The notes under the pieces: model-generated | Seen by the model: the letters and a program-made list of their open reading frames with translations, nothing else | Databases searched by the model: none | Told to the model about the DNA's origin: nothing | NCBI RefSeq assembly: GCF_004010195.1 | Contig: NC_057750.1 | Location: 763,145-827,144 of the forward strand | Length of the DNA stretch: 64,000 nucleotides | Reading direction: 5' to 3' | Source: Chiloscyllium plagiosum | Taxonomy: Eukaryota | In this document: one piece after another, positions 61,091-64,000 of the stretch | How the letters are laid out: the number at the start of each line of letters is the position of its first letter | Numbering within the stretch: position 1 is the first letter of the stretch | Program-made: the position numbers and the translations under genes

Positions 61091-61239
61091 CCTTAACCTG
61101 TCATCATACTGCTCCGTTAATCAATACACACATTTTCAATTGAGCCATTGTCACTAATGCAGTGATTTTAACAATGTCAGCCAGCTGTTAATCTAACCCA
61201 ATCAGGGAGCCCTGGCTGACAGATTATAAAAGGAGTGAG

Positions 61240-61562
61240 CATGGCGCAGACCGAGAGCCAGAAGGGGTATAAGGGCGAGTGCCTTTGAGTGGCCGGAAGG
61301 TGGAAGGGACGGGTGGCTTGCTGGGTTGTCAGGGGTGTCAGTGTTATATGCATTGTTTTATTGTTCGGTTTATCGGACTGTCTGTTTGTGATAGCATTCA
61401 CTGTTTTCTCTTTGATATGATACAGAGGGATTTAAGTTTTCTCCTCATTCCCCTGCGACCTGGTTGTATGGTGAGGTTTGGGGTTTGGCCTTGCTGCCCC
61501 CTTCCCTCATGTTAACTGTTTGTTTGTAATTTGGAGTGGTTAATAATTTTTTTTTTAAAATA
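61240..61562 (+). mobile_element. Insertion in the 5' LTR, possibly an L1/Tx1-type 3' end
   Basis: Absent from the related LTR at 24962-25190; T-rich, ends in an A-rich tract; aaaaggagt / aagaggagt flanks. Confidence 0.4.
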
Positions 61563-61696
61563 AAAAGAGGAGTCTCAGAGATTCTGGCACTCTGAGTGCT
61601 GGCTCTGAAGAAGCAGTACTCACAGTCGAGGACTGTTTTGTGTGTAAGTACAGGGTGATTTGGCGACAGGGTACCAGCTCTGTGGAGTTATTTCAG

Positions 61697-61706
61697 TGGC
61701 AACGAG
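61697..61706 (+). promoter_or_regulatory. Primer-binding site, tRNA-Ser(GCT)-like
   Basis: tggcaacgag 1 nt after the LTR end; one mismatch to TGGCGACGAG. Confidence 0.65.
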
Positions 61707-62911
61707 AGTAAAGTCCGTTCCTGAAGAAACGCGTCAGCAACAGTTGCCTTTGAGTTGGGGTAAGCGTTTTTTACATCATGCCTCTGTTTGGGAAGCTTGA
61801 TTCAGTTAATCCTGCCAGCAAGGATTGGGCCCAATATGTGGAAATAATGCATTATCTTTTCTGAACAAATGATAATGTGGCAGATTAAAAGCAGTGAGTT
61901 ATTCTCCTTATAACCTGTAAAGTCGCTGCTTTTTCTGTCATTAGGAGTCTAACCTTCTCTGAGGTGCCAGATACTCAAACCTTTCAAGAGTTGATGGACA
62001 TGGTTAAGGAATATTGCAACCCAAGCCTTCTTGAATTCTAAGAGGCTGTCGATTTTATTCAGCAAATCGAGAATCAGCAGAACCTGTATTGGGATTTTTG
62101 ACTAGGTTGAGATGACATGCAGAAGCATGTGACTTTGGTTTAACCCTTAATGAGATGCTGAGAGACCGTTGGGTATGTCTAACCATGCAAAAGTGCCAAC
62201 TAGCTGAAACCCAACTCGACTTCAACTGGCTTTAACATGAGAAAATGTGACAAGTGGGGCCTATGGGTTGCAGGGTGTTCCGATGGGAGTGGGCACCCTC
62301 ACCAGTCCGACTAAGTTTGGAGAACACTACTTGAGTATATCCTGAACAGAGGGACTCCAGGTCAGCGCACAGAATAGGCAGCACTAGTCGGACTGATTGT
62401 GAAGCCAGACAGGTTGGTTCACCTTTGTGGGGATTTTAAACAAATCGTAAACTGCTTTTTTGCAGCTGGACAAACATCCGATCCCTTACATAGAGAACTT
62501 ACACATAAAACTGGCAGGGGGGCTGTCCTTCACAAAGCTGGATATGAGCCATGCATGCTTACAATTGCACTTAGACAAGGATTCTCAGAAGTATGTTACA
62601 ATTAATATCCAGAAGGGCTTTTACCAATATATGAGATTGCCATTTGTGCAATTTTTCAGAGAATGATGGAGAGCATTTTGCAAGGTTTACCCAGATCGCC
62701 ATTTACTTCAATGACATTCTAATAACAGGGAAAACTAATAAGGAACAATTAGACAACTTGGACGTAGTCCTAAGGTGGACATATTCCTTCGAGGGAAGAA
62801 TGTGTGTTCCAGGCCCCCAAGTGGCCCTACTTAGGTGACAGAGTCAACAAAACCAGGTTACACCCGTTGGAAGGTAAAGTGATGCCGATCAAAGGGGGCC
62901 TAGCTCCCACA

Positions 62912-62984
62912 TCTCTACTGGATCCTACTGGATCCTACTGGATCTACTGGATCTACTGGATCCTACTGGATCTACTGGATCCTA
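62912..62984. repeat. 9-10-bp tandem repeat within pol
   Basis: (ctactggatc)n, ~7 units. Confidence 0.9.
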
Positions 62985-64000
62985 GGTCATTCCTTGGGCT
63001 GGTGAATTATTACGGAATATTCATACACAACCTGGCCTCAATCCTGGCATCTTTGTACAGCCTTGGAAATGGTCACATAGACAAGCCCTAGCTTACAGTG
63101 AATGTAAGAAAGAGCTGTCACCCTCTAAGATGTCAGCACACCGTCATTCCCCAGAAAAACATGCATTGCCCCGCCCCCCATAAGGTATCAGAGTGGTATT
63201 ACCTCATAGGTGGCCCAATGGAGAGAATGCCCAATAATGTATGCATCCAGGACTTTGGTTAATGCAGAGCATAAATACACTCAGATAGAGAAGGAAGGTT
63301 TTGTGGTCATATTTGGAATCAGGAAGTTCCATTAATACCTTTAGAATGGACCACAAACCACTGCTAGGTCTACTTAAAGAGGTTAAGGCAATGCCGCCCA
63401 TAGCTTTGGTCTGCATTCAATGGTGGGCTAAAGTGTTAACTGTACAATTACAAGTTGAAATATTGTCCATGAGGCCGGACAGCAAATGCTGGTGCATTGA
63501 GCTGCCTCCCACTGGCAGATACATCACTGATGGGACTGTCACTGGAAGAGTCCGCAAAGGTTTTACATTTTCTGGATGCACATCCAGTCACAGCCAACAA
63601 TATCAGACTTTGGACACAGGAAGATCCGGTCCTGACCAAACTGAACCAGCTGGTGGTGATGGTGGCAGACCAAAGGGCCATCACAACCAGAATTGAAACC
63701 GTTTTGGACCCAGAGAGACAGCGCAGTACGGTGTGTTATTATGGGGAGCAAGAGGGATTGTCCCAAGCAAAGGTCACCACGTGATACTGGCTGAACTCCA
63801 CCAGGGTCATCCAGGGGTTTCTAAAATGAAAGATGTTGGTGAAAAGTTATCTCTTGTGGCCAGGATTGAATGCAGACAAAGCTGTGTTAGTGGGGCAGTG
63901 CCCAGAGTACCAACAAGGACAAAACTTACTGCCAGTAGATGTCCCACATCCATGGGAATGGCCAGGTAAATCCTGGACTCAGTTACACATCTTCTCTATA

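Larger units (their letters stand above)
61158..64000 (+). mobile_element. Decayed Ty3/Gypsy (Mag-like) LTR retrotransposon, internally deleted, running off the window
   Basis: 5' LTR 61158-61695; PBS; gag MPLFGKLD...DWAQYVE at 61778; RT LCGDFK, HPIPYIE..LAGG..FTKLDMSHA, RLPF; RNase H DHKPLLGL; integrase N-terminus LAELHQGHPGVSKMK; many stops and frameshifts. Confidence 0.93.

Overview
Eukaryotic, repeat-saturated intergenic or intronic DNA. The repeat content (HE1/V-SINE-like and SacSINE1/Deu-like SINEs, HER1/CR1 LINEs, Penelope-like elements) points to a cartilaginous fish, probably a shark; this is an inference. No recognisable host protein-coding gene, rRNA, tRNA gene or CRISPR array is supported. 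The window holds many 5'-truncated CR1 LINEs, a second CR1/L2-group LINE family, at least four tRNA-derived SINE families, a decayed Gypsy (Mag-like) provirus with two related solo LTRs, several minisatellites, local duplications and a 459-nt assembly gap. Most notable: (i) many short Penelope-derived fold-back insertions of about four subfamilies, several centred on minimal hammerhead-ribozyme motifs and flanked by 11-15 bp target-site duplications, one carrying a minisatellite cargo; (ii) a 4.3-kb array of a 52-bp unit derived from the internal repeat of the HE1 SINE it sits in; (iii) an ~810-bp tandem duplication with an in-frame Penelope RT fragment at its junction; (iv) a four-layer nested insertion; (v) a possible decayed foreign ORF and a set of candidate minus-strand exons. 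Family names come from recalled consensus features, not database searches, and element boundaries are approximate unless TSDs are given.
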